A stretch of 64,000 nt of DNA from Octopus vulgaris (taxonomy: Eukaryota): assembly GCA_951406725.2 (NCBI GenBank), contig OX597819.1, positions 88,350,001 through 88,414,000 on the forward strand. Reading direction: 5' to 3'. Positions 12,140 to 28,633 of this stretch are shown piece after piece. The translations under genes and the position numbers were made by a program. The notes beneath the pieces were generated by a model. It saw only the letters and a program-made list of their open reading frames with translations. It was not told the DNA's origin and ran no database searches. Each line of letters starts with the position of its first letter. Position 1 is the first letter of the stretch.

Positions 12140-12350
12140 GTCTCAAATTTTGGCACAAGGCCTGCAATTTCGGGGGAGTGGGTAAGTCGATTACATCGAT
12201 CCCAGTACTCAACTGGTATTTAATTTATCGACCCCGAAAGGATAAAAGATAAAGGGTTCGGCGGAATTTGGAATCAGAACGTAAAAATGGACGAAATGCC
12301 ATTTAGCATTTTACCCGGCGTGCTAACGATTCTACCAGCTTGCCCGACTT
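12140..12350 (-). mobile_element. SINE family B
   Basis: Matches the family B body and the tcaaattttggcacaaggc tail. Confidence 0.85.
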
Positions 12351-13228
12351 CACTATTTGAAATATTGATTCGAAATTTTGGCACAAGCCCAGCAAGTTCG
12401 GTGGGTAGGGGTTAAGTCGTTAGCGTGCCAGGAAAAAGGCCTAGCAGTATATCGTACGGCTCTTAATGTTTTTAAAGTTCAAACTCATCCTTTTGGGTTC
12501 GACAAATGTATACCTTCAAAAAGAGTCTTATATATACAATTTAATGTAGAAAATAAACTATTACTTACTGTTCCGACTAAAAAGTAAAATAATTACCTAC
12601 TGGTTATTCTCTTACTGGTTACAGCAGCTTTAATAAACTAGATTTTACACGAGTTAACTATAGAAACTCCATACACCTAATTATAAAATGAAAGAGTTGC
12701 AGCAACGTATAACACTGTGTGCTGGCACACAGTGTATACGTTGCTATGAGTTGGTAACCTATTAAGTGTCATAGAGATGTACGTTGGGTTAGACGTTGAG
12801 ACTCATTCCAGGCCCAATTATTTGGCAATATTTCAAATAATAATAAGGCGACGATCTGACAGGCAAAATATTTGGCAGCATTTCGTCTGTCTTTACGTTC
12901 TGAGTTCAGATGCTGCCGAGGTCGACTTTACCGTTTATCCTTTTGAAGTCCATAAAATAGGTGCACAGCCCATAATCGGCACCCTCGGTTTCGGTTCTAC
13001 GTCTTCAAAGACAGGGATTAGGTGACACAGAGGAGATGAAACTAGGTATTTTAAAGAAGATTCGAGTTTTTGGTTCAACAACGGTACAAATACATCGCTT
13101 GTGATGGAGCCTATAGTGAGTTGCACCTTTGTATAGAGGAAGAGTTATTTTCTCAGCATGTACAATTTGAACAACATTCGTCAGTTAATAACCGGGTATA
13201 TATTGTATGTATATATATACATATATAT

Positions 13229-13416
13229 GTCGAGTGGTACCCGCGTGAGCGGAAAAGACCACCCGGAAGACCTCCACGACGGTGGAGTGACGATTTCAAC
13301 AGGACGATTGGGATCACGTGGATGAGAAAGGCGCGATCCAGAGAGGAGTGGACAGCGTGCTGTGACCAGCGGTGCCAAATGGACGCCTGACGGACTGGTC
13401 GGTCAAAGTGATCAAA

Positions 13417-13420
<4 letters not shown>
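13229..13420 (+). mobile_element. 3' end of an RTE-clade LINE (5'-truncated)
   Basis: EWYPRERKRPPGRPPRRWSDD...W.RKARSREEW is the typical RTE C-terminus. It ends in a short repeated tail (tcaaagtga)x2 and is inserted in (TA)n. Confidence 0.8.
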
Positions 13421-13469
<49 letters not shown>

Positions 13470-14059
13470 TTTCTTCATGTGGAGGATTTAACTCGCCTCT
13501 TCATGTGGAACGGTGTTAAACGGATTAGTGAGAGTTTAATACAAACCGTATAGCAGGAAGTTGGTGACGAGTTGATCGATGTTTTGTGTCAGTTACAAAC
13601 CATTTCTTTTTGGAGGTTGTCGGGGTTTCTAAAGTGCTCAATGAGTTAAGTTATATACCGATAAATAATTGGAGTCTACACTCAAACAAGAACCTTCTAC
13701 TCAGGTAAAGAAATGCATGTATATTAAAGTACGTTGCTAGCTAATTATCAGTATAGAATACTATTTTTAATTACCACTGCTGAACAAATCTGAGGGATTA
13801 AGTTTCTTATGTAAGAAATCAATTAATTACCATTGCTTAATGTTCTTATCGTCTGAAGGCATATATCGTTTCTTAAATCAATGGAGGACATTCTATTTTT
13901 AGCATCGGTTACTTAAAGACTATCCATTTAGAAGACGAAATAGATTTTTCCATCGGTCTGTCTATTAATCAGTCTGGCTAGCTCTCTCTCCTTCTCTATG
14001 TGTGTGTGTGTGTGCGTGTGTATACGTATCTAGAGATAGATAACAGAGTTATATAGATG

Positions 14060-14062
<3 letters not shown>

Positions 14063-14144
<82 letters not shown>

Positions 14145-14293
14145 GCAGATAGATGCATATATACACATGCATTCATTCTTACATGCACATACACACATAT
14201 TTACACGCACACACACACACACACACATATATACATATCGATCGTTTAAATATATAGCTCTCTCTTTCTTTCTCACTCTCTCTCTCTCTCTGT

Positions 14294-14344
<51 letters not shown>

Positions 14345-14440
14345 CATACATACACACACATGCATATCTACATTTGTATGTATGTATGTATGTATGTATG
14401 TATGTATGTATGTATGTATGTATGTATGTATGTATGTATT
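14063..14440. repeat. (GATA)n, (CA)n, (TA)n and (TATG)n microsatellites
   Basis: Direct inspection. Confidence 0.9.
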
Positions 14441-15478
14441 TCATTGCGCAGTTTAATTCTCTCGCAAGTGCTCTGTCTACATGATTCGTACGGTGTTGTT
14501 GTTTTTATTATTATTATACGACAGAAGCCATACTTTACAATATTATTGTTTATTAGAGACCTGTACAAAACACAGTACATCGTCAATAGCTCGCCTCCGG
14601 CTTGCAATACGCATGTCCACTATACTAATGGCACTATGAAAAGAAGATGCAAAACCTACGGCGTTTTCCGTCCTTTCTTTTAATATTCATTTCTAGTCGA
14701 CAGAAAAAGTTGAATGGAGTATATGTGAAGTGTTCGACTTTAGGCAAAGCGTATTTTATTCACCCATTGATTTTATTTTATTCTATTCTTCCTAGTTTTT
14801 TCCTTTACTTTCACCTTATCTAAAAGTTAACTCTGGTCATTTAGATGACATCAAATTATTTTCTATAGTCTGCTGTCTCGTTGCTTGTATGAATGAATGA
14901 TTCAATGGGCATTATGTAGAGAGCAGTGTGTCGGATCCTAAGAAAAGCTGCTGTCGAGTTTAGTGTGACTAACTCTTCTGGATAGAGTTGAATGAAATAT
15001 GGTTCTTGCTGTGATAGTTACTTTATACTTATACACCAACAAAGTTTTGCTTTCTTATCAGGCACATACGGACTGATTTACAAAATCAAAACGCTGGCAG
15101 CAAATATTTTATTAAAGGGAATGAATGGACAGAGTTATTCATATATAAATACACGATGATATGCGCACGCAAACGCACATTCACGTACACAATCAATTCT
15201 AATACTTATATTAAAGTACTTTTTCTTTCGTTTATATACCAAACCGTGTGTGTGTGTCTATATGTGTGTGTATGTGTGTGTACGCGCGCGTGCATATGTC
15301 TATTCTCTTTTCATTTAGAGTTAATTTTGACTGGTTACCTGCTTGGGGGTAACGAGGTTATGAAGGGAAGTATCTTGTTTTGTTCACTATTCTTTAAATC
15401 TTAAGATTTTGCAGATTTTTATAGTTCTAGATATCGTGATCATTTGTAGAGTATGAATTAAGAAATTGCGTTCTCTGC

Positions 15479-15479
<1 letters not shown>

Positions 15480-15509
<30 letters not shown>

Positions 15510-16215
15510 TGTATGTATGTATGTATGTATGTATGTATGTATGTATGTATGTATGTATGTATGTATGTATGTGTGTGTGTTTGTATATATGTATGTATAT
15601 GTGTATGTAGGTATGTCTGTATGTATGTATGTGGTGTTTGTATGTATGTATGTGTGTATGTATGTATGTCTGTATGTATGTATGTGTGTGTGTTTGTATC
15701 CATGCACATATGTATGTATGTATGTATGTAGTTATGTAGGTATGTGTCTGGTGTTTGTATGTATGTGGTGTTTTTATGTATGTGTGTGTGTTTGTATGCA
15801 TGCACGTAAGTATGTATGTATGTAGGTATATGTGTGGTGTTTGTATGTATGTGTTTGTACGCATGCATATATGTATGTATGTAAATACGTGTGTGTGTAT
15901 GTATGTATGCATGCATGTATGTATGTATGTATGTATGTATGTATGTATGTATGTATGTATGTATGTATGTATGTATGTATGTATGTATGTATGTATGCAT
16001 GCGCAGGTATGAGTATTTGGTTAACAAGCTCGTTTCGCAAGCATGAAGTTTCGAGTTCAGCCCCAGAGCGCGACACCTTGAGCAATAACTTTCTACTATA
16101 GCCCCAGGCCGACCACTGAGTGGCTTTTCAGTAATTTGGTTGACGGAAACTCTGTGAGTGTATGTATGTATGTATGTATGTATGTATGTATGTATGTATG
16201 TATGTATGTATGTAT

Positions 16216-16249
<34 letters not shown>

Positions 16250-16770
16250 TGTATGTATGTATGTATGTATGTATGTATGTATGTATGTATGTATGTATGT
16301 ATGTATGTATGTATATATGTATGTTTGCATGTATGTATGTATAAGTGTGTGAGTATGTATGTGTGTATTCGTATGTCTTTGAGCTTGTGTTTGTCCCACC
16401 GAGGCTTGACGATCAATGTTGGTTTGTTTATGTCCCTATAACATAGCGGTTCGGTAACAATTAACAGATAGAATAAGTACTGGGTCTAATTGCTCGCTCA
16501 ACTAAATTTACAAGGTGGTGCTTCAGCATGGCCGCAGTCCACTGACTGAAAGGAGTAAAGGAAGAGGATGTGAGGGTGTGTAGATGTTAACGTATGTATA
16601 TGTGTAGGTATATGTATGTTTGTATACATCTATGTGCGTATCGTGTTCATGTGTGTATGTATGTGCGTACGTATACGTATGTTTGTATACATATATGTGT
16701 GTGTAGTGTTTATGTGTACGTATATGTATGTTTGCATACATATGGGTGTGTGTCATATTTATGTATGTAT
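15480..16770. repeat. About 1.3-kb degenerate (TATG)n/(TG)n array containing a SINE family A copy (about 15998-16560, +)
   Basis: Direct inspection. The SINE head gcgcaggtatgagtatttggttaac and tail cagcatggccgcagtc are embedded. Confidence 0.85.
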
Positions 16771-16773
16771 GTA

Positions 16774-17900
16774 CAAGCTGGTGTACCCGGGAATTCCCGG
16801 GGTTAAAGATGTTCTATTGAAACGCCTTATTACTCTGATATAAAAGGTGTATTTTCCGTACAAAAAACTGTCAGCTGGAAGAGGAAGAAATTGTTGGAGG
16901 TTGGCGAGAGAGGTTTTCGGAGGTTGGCGAGAAAGATTGTCGGAGGTTAGTGAGAGAGGTGGTCGGAGGTTGGCGAGAGGCAAAGACATTATTCTGCTTA
17001 GCGAATGCATCTGGGAAATGTATAACTGTTGTCATTCACAGAAAAACTATTGTTTTACCGCGAGAAAAACGCCGTAGAAGTATTAAGTGAAATTTGGCAA
17101 TCGAATATCGAATCCACGCTATGCCTGCATGAACCCACTACAAATACGTTCTAGAATTAAAAAAATTATCTACTGTCATGGAAAAAGTGTTACTGTAAAA
17201 ATGCTGAATTATTGGAGTAATGGGCTTTTAAAAAGGTATGTATGTATGTATGTATAGAAATGTATGAATGAAGTCTTTAAGGTTTAAGATTCAAATTAAG
17301 AAAGTGCAATGATAATGTTTAGCAGTTCAAAACTGTGAGTAGTGAAATACGGAATTAGGTCGGCTGATCGTGAGAATCAACATCTGCAGGTGGTACGGGT
17401 TATTTCCCTTGGGTTGTTTAAATAAAATATTTGTAATATGAAGTAGATAGAAGGATCCATTGGAAGGGCCTTATTATTGTTTTTTTTTCAACAATCTACG
17501 TATGTCAGGAGGTTTCGAGATATGACTTATATACTCACGTGTCAAATAAAGTATAAAAGTGATATTGTCTGCAAAAATTAGAAATTGGACTCACAAAAAA
17601 ATCAATATTCAAATTAATCGAACATAAACAATGAAATGGGTTATTTCCCTTCAATGTTTAAAAACTTTTGAACAGGTGCTATGGATTATTTCCCTTGGGT
17701 GTTTAAAACAATTAGTTATATGAAGTAGATATAAAGGTCCCTTCTAGTGGCTGTATTATCGAATTTTTCAACAATATTTGTGTGTCACGAGGTTTCCAGA
17801 CATGAGCTCTACTCACGTGTCAAGTTTCATCAAAATCAATAAACTGATGTAGGAGGAGTTGGCTAACAACGCCACAAACAAACAGACACCGATTTTCTAT
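16774..17900 (-). mobile_element. Non-autonomous Helitron-like element
   Basis: The minus-strand 3' end has a GC hairpin cccgggaattcccggg (16786-16801) about 8 nt before a CTTG terminus (CTRR variant). There are no TIRs, there is an internal direct duplication, and a second copy lies at 30587-31370. Confidence 0.7.
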
Positions 17901-18455
17901 ATATGTAGTAGATATGCGTACGTATATGTTTCTATACATATATGTGCGTGTCGTGTTTATGTGTGTATGTATATGCGTAAGTATATGCATGTATACATAT
18001 ATGTGCGTGTCGTGTCGTATTTGTGTGAGTATGTATAAGTGTATGTGTATATATATGTATGTATACATATATGTGCATGTCGTATTTGTGTATGTGTACA
18101 TATGTGTGTGTGTGTGTGAAGGGGTGTCTGTTTATGTGTGTACGCGTGTACTTTAATACACATTACACTAAGATTGTATACGCATAAACAAACACAAACA
18201 TTCAAATATTTTTTTATCTATTAGAGTCACATACACACACATACACACAAAAACACAACACACACACAAACACAACACACACACAAACACAACACACACA
18301 CAAACACAACACACACACAAACACAACACACACACAAACACGCTCACGCATACATACACATATGCAATCGTGCGCGTATACATACACTCTGTATTGAAAC
18401 ACATATACATGCTATACAGCTGTTTCATCTCACAAGAACACGTGTTTATAATTAT

Positions 18456-18496
<41 letters not shown>

Positions 18497-18944
18497 TTCA
18501 CTCACTTTCTTTCAATTATATTCACCTGCTTATACACTCTCTTATTATGATCATGTTAGTTCTCATGTTTTCACTCCACATCGCCTTCTATTTCTAAAAG
18601 TAGAAGTCAGTCTAAAGCGTAAAATACATCGTCCACTATAAACTGGACAGCGCCACGTTCCCTTTTGTTCCCACCAATGATTATTTGTCTTTCGAAACAT
18701 ATTTGTATTTCACATTCAACACTCTCAGATTTCCAGATCAATAGTTGTTTGGACGATTTGCGAAATGGGAGAAAAATACGGAGTAGTAATAACAATAATA
18801 ATAATTCTTTCTTACTATAGGTACAGGGCCCAAAATTTTGGAGGGCAGGGTTAGTCTATCATATTTATCCCAGTGCTCAGTTGATACTTATTTTATCAAC
18901 CCTGAAAAACAACAACAACAACAACAATAATAATAATTTTACTC

Positions 18945-21342
<2,398 letters not shown>

Positions 21343-22149
21343 ACCAATTTGGACTGGAATCCTGCGTGCTTTTTGAGACAAATCAACGTCATCAGTTTTC
21401 GCTTTTTCATAATTGGCAATAAGGAAAACGAAAAAAAAAAAAAAGAAAGAAGAAAAGTGAAAGAAGGAAAGAGAACACTTAATCAAACAGTTTTGATTAA
21501 ATGTGATGGAATTTTCCTATCATTTTGTTCATCCCTCCAGGGCGTGACACCAGTAATTCACAAATATAAAAAAATATTTTAAAAAAACTATCTAAAATTA
21601 ACAATTTTTCTGAACACAGAAGAAGTATTGAAAACTGTTTTATAGTAAACACGAATGTTCCTTCATTGTACTCCAACACTGAACAGGATGATGGGTAGAA
21701 GCATGAATGAATGCTTTTGAAAAATGGTAAAAAAAACAAAAAATTCCTCTAGTTCTCTCCACAAAATCATTGAAGTTTGTGTTACAAAGTAACAGTGACG
21801 TTTGGGCAAAAATTTTACCTCCAGACGAGGGTATGTCATGGATGCACCATGACAGTAAATGTCGCTAACGTCTTCTTGACAAAATTTTTCAATGAAAGTA
21901 TGACATAAAATTCATAAAATTATTTGTTTTGGTAATAAGCATAAAATTCTGTCAGTTTTTTTTTTAATTTGCTCAATTTCATTAAAACAGATAATTAATT
22001 CTGGAACACTCTGTATGGTGTAGCGTTGTTAGTTGATGCGTTGCTCGAGTAAATATTAAAATCAAAGGTTTTCTCGCCGTAAACATCCCATCTTTTAGTT
22101 AAACATAGTGTATCAAGGAGTATATTATCCAAAATGTATCTCTCCTTTA

Positions 22150-22270
22150 TAGGCGTGGCTGTGTGGTTGAGAAGCTTACTTTCCAACCATGTCGCCTTGG
22201 GTTCAATCCCACTGTACGACACTTGGGCAATTCTCTTTCATTACAGTTCCGTGCCGGCCTAAGCCTTGTG
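22150..22270 (+). mobile_element. SINE family A 5' part
   Basis: ggcgtggctgtgtggttgagaagc...ggttcaatcccactg...cttgggcaa. Confidence 0.8.
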
Positions 22271-22642
22271 TAATATATAATTGCCATTACTGTATTGATA
22301 TATAGAATAACACATACAACTCACTTATTATTGTCGTATAATAAACAAACAGAAGTTTGTGTATGAAATTGATCTTTTTTCTACATCAATTATCACGTGT
22401 TTTTTTCTTATAAAATACACACATACAGGAGGAGTAAATCTCTATATAAAACACTTTGAATGTGACTCCCGAGAAAGAGTTAAAGCAATTACCCGATCAA
22501 CGACGGGCATTACTGCTATATATGTATATATGCACACACACACACACACACACACACACGCGTACATATATATATTCTGCAAGCATTAAATGCTCCTTCC
22601 GACCGTCTTGAAGCATGAACGTATATGGATGTGTGTGTTTAA

Positions 22643-22704
<62 letters not shown>

Positions 22705-23347
22705 GCATACACAAACAGCGATGATTGGTGTTGATATTTGAAGCATAACCACTGTTAAGTGCTCACCTTTAATAATGCATATATTTTTATGGCACATTTT
22801 CAGAGATGTTTTCGAGGGAATAGATTACGATTATGTTGTTAATTTTTTTTAAAATTACTATTATCTTTATTGTTCAGAAGGAAAAGATATCTATATTTTA
22901 TTTTATCATTCAATAACTTACTCCTGATATTTGCTCAACGTAATGATTAAGATAAGAGGAACGGAGAACTTGGCACATTATCTTCCAGAATACGTTTTCA
23001 TCCGTATTGTAAGTTGGCTAAACATAAGCCCGGATATTTTCCCATTTTCTCTTTCAAATTCATGTTGATACTGAATAATATCAATCGGGATATTTTTATA
23101 GGATTTTTTTAGCGTTGTGCAGCAAGTTATTGAATGGTTAAGAAGGTAAGAAATTATTTGATTTCTGTATGTTAAAAAAAAAGTAATTTCATCAGTATAA
23201 GAGCAAGCTATATGCTCCAAAATGTATCTATGCAAAATTTCATTAAAAAAAAAGTTTTATTAAAACAGCTATGAGGAAACAAAGTTATGAGAAGCCCTAA
23301 GTTGCAGTTATGCTATTTTTTATATGATTATGATAATGGATATATAC

Positions 23348-24070
23348 ACAGGGTGTTCCAAAAAATTTGATATCATTTCACAATCTAATAACTCTGCCAG
23401 TTATTCTTCAAATGACTTCAAATTTTAACAACATGTGTAGAAACAGGTCAAAATTTTATGCTTAATGTTTGATATGTTTATCTTTTCAGGGATAGAAATG
23501 GCATTCACTGGAAGAGAGAAGGCGTTTTGTGTGTTGGAGTATGCTCGAACACAGTCGAACAAGACTGTGCAGCGTGCATTTGTGAGAAAGTTCTCTAAAA
23601 AGTCACCAACGGCAATGCAGATTGGACGTGGCACAAAAAATTCAAAGAAGAAAGCTGTCTGTGCAGAGCAAAATGATCTGGACGACCACTAACATCGGAA
23701 GAGACGGTCGAGCGGGTTCGCCAAAAACTCTTACGAAGCCCCAAGAAGTTCATAAGAAGAACAAGTCTGGAATCTCAGATTCATCCAACGGCAGTTTGGC
23801 GCGTCCTGACGAAACGCTTGCTAATGAAATCTTACAAGCTGCTGCTCGTTAAGGCCATAAGGGCAGATGACAAGCGAAAACACAAACAATTCTGTGTTGA
23901 TATTCAAGAAAAACTTGAAGAAGCCGAGTTCAAGGAATGTATTGTTTTCAGTGATGAGGCCACATTTCATACAAATAGCAAAGTCAATAAGCATAAGAAA
24001 ATCCCCATTCCACAGTTGAGCATGAGAAGGACTCACCAAAAGTGAATGTGTTCTGTGCCATCTCCAAGGA
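23348..24070 (+). pseudogene. Tc1/mariner transposon 5' half with a DUF4817-type HTH transposase, frameshifted
   Basis: TIR-like cagggtgttccaaaaa, then MAFTGREKAFCVLEYARTQSNKTVQRAF...SGRP...RSPKK...IVFSDEATFH..KVNKH. It is truncated by a SINE at about 24075. Confidence 0.85.
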
Positions 24071-25727
24071 GCACACGCCTCACGAAATGCTTAGCGGCAT
24101 TTCGTCCGTCTGTATGTTCTGAGCTCAAATTCTGCCGAGGTCGACAATACAAGTACAAGTTGAACATTGAGGTTGGTAGAATTGACTAGCTCCTCCCCCA
24201 CAAATTTCAGGCCCTGTACCTATAATAGAAAGAATTATAAGTTAGTAGAATCACAATGTTCCACAAGTTCTTGTTTCCAGCTTATAGATGTTTGAGATGA
24301 ATGAGGAGGGACTGAATCAACAGTAGCCGGGTCATTAATATCACCAGAAGGCTAAACAGGTTCAGCTGTTTACTTTGTTGATACTGCTTCCGGATAATTA
24401 AACCCCTGAAGGTTGCAATATATCAATATTATTGCTGAATATCAGTTTCTGTTGACAAGTTACACGGAAAAAGGACGTTATTAAGTGTTTCTTGTATAAT
24501 GTAAAGTTTGAGTTTCTTGAACAGTGATTCGTCGTCTTCATCATCCTCAATTTCTCTGTTGTCACTGACAAGAGATTCTGCAATTTCTTTTCCCGTTAAT
24601 ATTCTTATCTAGGGTTAGCCTTCGTCTTTACAAACTAGATTCCGACACCGTTTTCTGTAGCATTTGCTTCGCTCGCTGTCTATGGTCTATAACAGAAATT
24701 TCTTGCCTCGAATCCTAAAAAATACATTTTATCCTAGCATTAAGATTTTTTTCTAAGCATTGGCTAAAAATATTGTCATTAGCGATGCTAAAGTGAATAT
24801 TGTTAACTTGGTGTTACTGAGAGTTCTTTATCTTCGTGTTACTTCCATTGTATTACCTTCTATCACCCTGAGAACATCATCAAAATACCTTCGTAGGCAT
24901 AATCCAATGAAGGCTACAACTGTATCTTGCTCTATTGGCCGAACTGTGGACATGACATTAGGTGACATATACATGCATCTTATTTTCTCATCGTTACCGA
25001 TAAGTTAGTAACCACCTGGGACAACATATATTTATTCAAAATTAAATGTCTTCACCTCATCAGTAAAAATTTCGATGACATCTTGGTACTTAAGTACTGC
25101 AGAAACGAAATATGAGAAAACCAAGTTATTAAAAATATACATGTTGAACCACGATTTCTTGGAATGGAAATAGTACACTAGTGGTCAGTGTATTATGTTC
25201 TTTAAAACTCCTGGCCGTGCTAACCTCTCCAACACCATTAACCTTAAAAGGCACATACCTACAACGACAAACGTTCCTTTATTGCCATGTATGGAATATT
25301 CATTGTTACAAGTTTGAATATTCTGGAGTAATGGCCGCTAATACAACTCGCTTTCATCTCCATTATACAGCTGGGAAATTAGGGAACTCTTCACATTTAA
25401 GTAAGTCATTTAACCTTTTCATGCTTTGTCCGTTTTCCTTGGTCGTGCACAACCTGCTTCACCTATCTTGTTACCTATACTAAAGCAATTTCTAAATCAT
25501 CATAACCACCAAACACTAGTTACAAATTTTTTTATGCTCTTGTACCTAGTTAACTTGGTAGTAGCATTTTGAATTTCCGTAACACGGGAGTTGTAATGAA
25601 TGAACTGTGACACTCTTAATCTTTAATGAATGAACCACTATGTCACTCTTCGAAATTTGTCTCTTGTAACTCAAACACTTACGTGCAGCAACAGATGATG
25701 ATTTAGAATTTGTATCAACATTATATT

Positions 25728-25912
25728 GGTTTCAAATTTTGGCACAAGACCAACAATTTCGCGGGTGCTAGTAAGTCGATTAGATCGGCGCCTTTCGGGG
25801 TCGATAAATTAAGTACCAGTTACGCACTGGGGTCGATATAATCGACTTCATCCCTTTGTCTGTCCTTGTTTGTCCCCTCTATGTTTAGCCCCTTGTGGGC
25901 GATAAAGAAATA
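25728..25912. mobile_element. Two SINE family B 3' ends joined in opposite orientation
   Basis: A minus-strand tail (25728-25790) is fused to a plus-strand Meta-like domain and tail (25790-25912). Confidence 0.7.
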
Positions 25913-27393
25913 TGAATCATTATTGAAAATCGCTGAGTAACAAATGGTGTGCTGCGTTACGTACGATGGCCACTGACACATTGTACCTACCTTCCTACTT
26001 ACTAGTTTGATTTATCTATTACTCGAAGAAAAAGTCACTTAAAGCTTGTTCGTTCTTTGTATCTGAGCGTGTATTATTAGATTTGAAAACAAATAATTAC
26101 CAGATTATATAATGATACTAGAAAATATAATTATTCCAGGAAGAAATATGTTTCAGTTAATAAATTTTCTGCGAATTTATACATACAGTTACTCACCAAG
26201 AGGACACGTAGCATTTACTCAAGGGAAGCAGTTAAAAGCGAAATAATAAGAAAGAAAGTAAGTTGTATATAGGTTACAGGCTGAATATAGTGAGAAGCAA
26301 GGTCAGGAGTGAATGAATTCATATAGTGGACGGATTAAAGACTAGTTAGCTATGGTGATTCAGAAAGAAATAGAATGGGTCTAAAAAGCAAGTAACAAAT
26401 ACTATGTGTACAGGTGTAAATGTTGCTCGCTTTCGGGTTTTATTTAGCTGGTCCACATATTCTCCCATTATCTGTCCACGATATGATACAACTAGTTACG
26501 AAGTGTACAAAGCTACCTTAAAGCTACTAGCATAATACTTATAATAGGGGACAGAATAATAGTTTCCTATTGTTCGATTATTGTCCCAACTTTAACATTT
26601 CATTTGAACTGACCATCTTTAGTGACCATCTTTGGTGAATGTGTAACACCCGAAGAGCACATCCAACATATACATTCTTACAACACTTACAGAGAAAGAT
26701 GGCGGAGGGAGAAATAATTGGAACCATTTTTCTTCACTTAGATCTCTTATCTGATATCCCTACATATACTCACGCACAAGCACGCACGCACGCACACACA
26801 CACACATTTATATAACCCACCCACATCATGTATTGAGTGCACTTTTCTTTCGTTTGTAAACATAACTGTAGGTGTGTATATATGTATGTACATATATTCA
26901 TATATACATACATTCACACGCACGCGCATGTGCGCATACATACACACAGAGAACACATACACTAATACACACGTATATAAAGGCTAATCTTACTTTAGGC
27001 GTCGTTTTGAAAGTATTTTATCTGGGTGTGTTGCGTTCATTCCATGAAAGCTTTGCATCCAGGTTGGGAAACACTCATTTCAAGTACTTCGCCTATAAAT
27101 AGATATCTTGTTACATTGTTGTGTTGCGCAGTGCAGACCAGCAAGCCAGCAAGATTGCTTTTCTGTTACCGCCCTTCTACGTTGGTCTTCATAGCATTAA
27201 CGGTAAGGTACATGTAATCACTGGATGATAAGATAGGACACTTTAATTCTAATGTTTTAACTTTAATCAGAAGACGTTTCTTGCATTGATATATAAAGAT
27301 ATAGTCCGTCCTGGTTGTTCTTCTTCCCTTGCCAGTCATACTCTCGTCTCACTCATTGCTCCTCATACCGCCAGTCATAGCATATGATTCCTT

Positions 27394-28141
27394 GGAGGTC
27401 TTCAGTTTCGCTCACAGATTTTAAAATTATTTTTTTTTCCGTTTAACTAAACAGTTTGAAACTTCGTATACTGATGTAATTTCTCACGCTGAACACGGTT
27501 TACTTTCAACATTTTTGACAACATTTCGTATTTTAGAAATTATTTCACGTTAAAGTTGTATTTGGGTAATTTTGGCCAATCAACGACATGTATTCAGCTG
27601 AAGAAAGCTACTGCTATGTGTGATAGTAATCGAAGAGTAACAACTTCCGGGACATCTCTACTAAATGTCACCATTCTGTTCTATTTTATTTTTGTTTACT
27701 GCCTGTGTTGCATATTACATGCTTTGCTTTTTTGTTTTTGCTTTCCGATCGCCTCTTTGTACGAGTGGTGAAATGCAAATGTACAGAGGCGCTCGTAAAG
27801 CAAAAAAAAAAAAAAAGGTGTGTAATATGCAACACAGGCAGTAAACAAAAATAAAATAGAACAGAATGGTGATATTTAGTAGAAATGACCCGGAAGTTGT
27901 TGCTCTTCGATTACTATCACATATAGCAGTAGCTTTCTTCAGCTGAATACACGTCGTTGATTGGCCAAAATTACCCAAATACAACTTTAACGTGAAATAA
28001 TTTCTAAAATACGAAATGTTGTCAAAAATGTTGAACGTAAACCGTATTCAGCGTGAGAATTTAGACCAGTACACGAAGTTTCAAGCTGTTTAGTTAAAGA
28101 ATGATAATTTTTAAAATCTGTAAGTGAAACTGAAAAGATCC
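27394..28141. mobile_element. Foldback MITE with GG...CC termini and an 8-bp TSD (Merlin-like)
   Basis: TSD GATTCCTT at 27386-27393 and 28142-28149. Arms 27394-27762 and 27781-28141 are reverse complements almost to the centre. Confidence 0.85.
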
Positions 28142-28544
28142 GATTCCTTTTCTGCGCATGTTATTCATACACGTGTTGACTCGCAATTGCTCGAGAGGAA
28201 TATAAACTCTGTTGATCTAACCGGCATCAGAGAGCCTGCAAAAATCATAGGCACAGTACCTTTTTCCAGATCACTTAACAATGAAAAAAATACTCCGAGA
28301 TGTACTTTGAGGTAATATCCATATTCATGTTTTCAGTTATTATACAAACGTCTCAAACAGGTATTTTGCTGTCACTAATATCTATAACACCTCTGTGTTC
28401 AATGTACTCATTTGCATTATCATTTGCTGTTGGTATATGGCAGCAAATTTCATGTAAGTGTTTGTTATTGAGTTGAAGAGACATCAATAGTGTAATGTGG
28501 TAATGAATTTTAAGACGCTTATATAGCAGTAGTTATGTGAAAGC

Positions 28545-28633
28545 AAATGGCTCAGTGATTAGGGCGTCGGGCTCACAATCATGAGGTAGTGAGTTCGATT
28601 TCCGGACCAGGCTGTGTGTTGTGTTCTTGAGCA
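28545..28633 (+). mobile_element. tRNA-derived SINE family C head only
   Basis: tggctcagtgattag (A box) ... gagttcgatttcc (B box) ... gtgttcttgagca. Homologous to 57420 and 60597. Confidence 0.8.

Noticed and set aside
16897-16980. Short spaced repeats resembling a CRISPR array (also 54418-54470)
   Set aside because: These are minisatellite-type units without unique 30-40-nt spacers, in a eukaryotic context with no cas genes.
24240-25680. Long non-microsatellite stretch that might be an exon-bearing or old LINE region
   Set aside because: I could not read any recognisable protein motif or coherent splice structure on either strand, so it is left unannotated.
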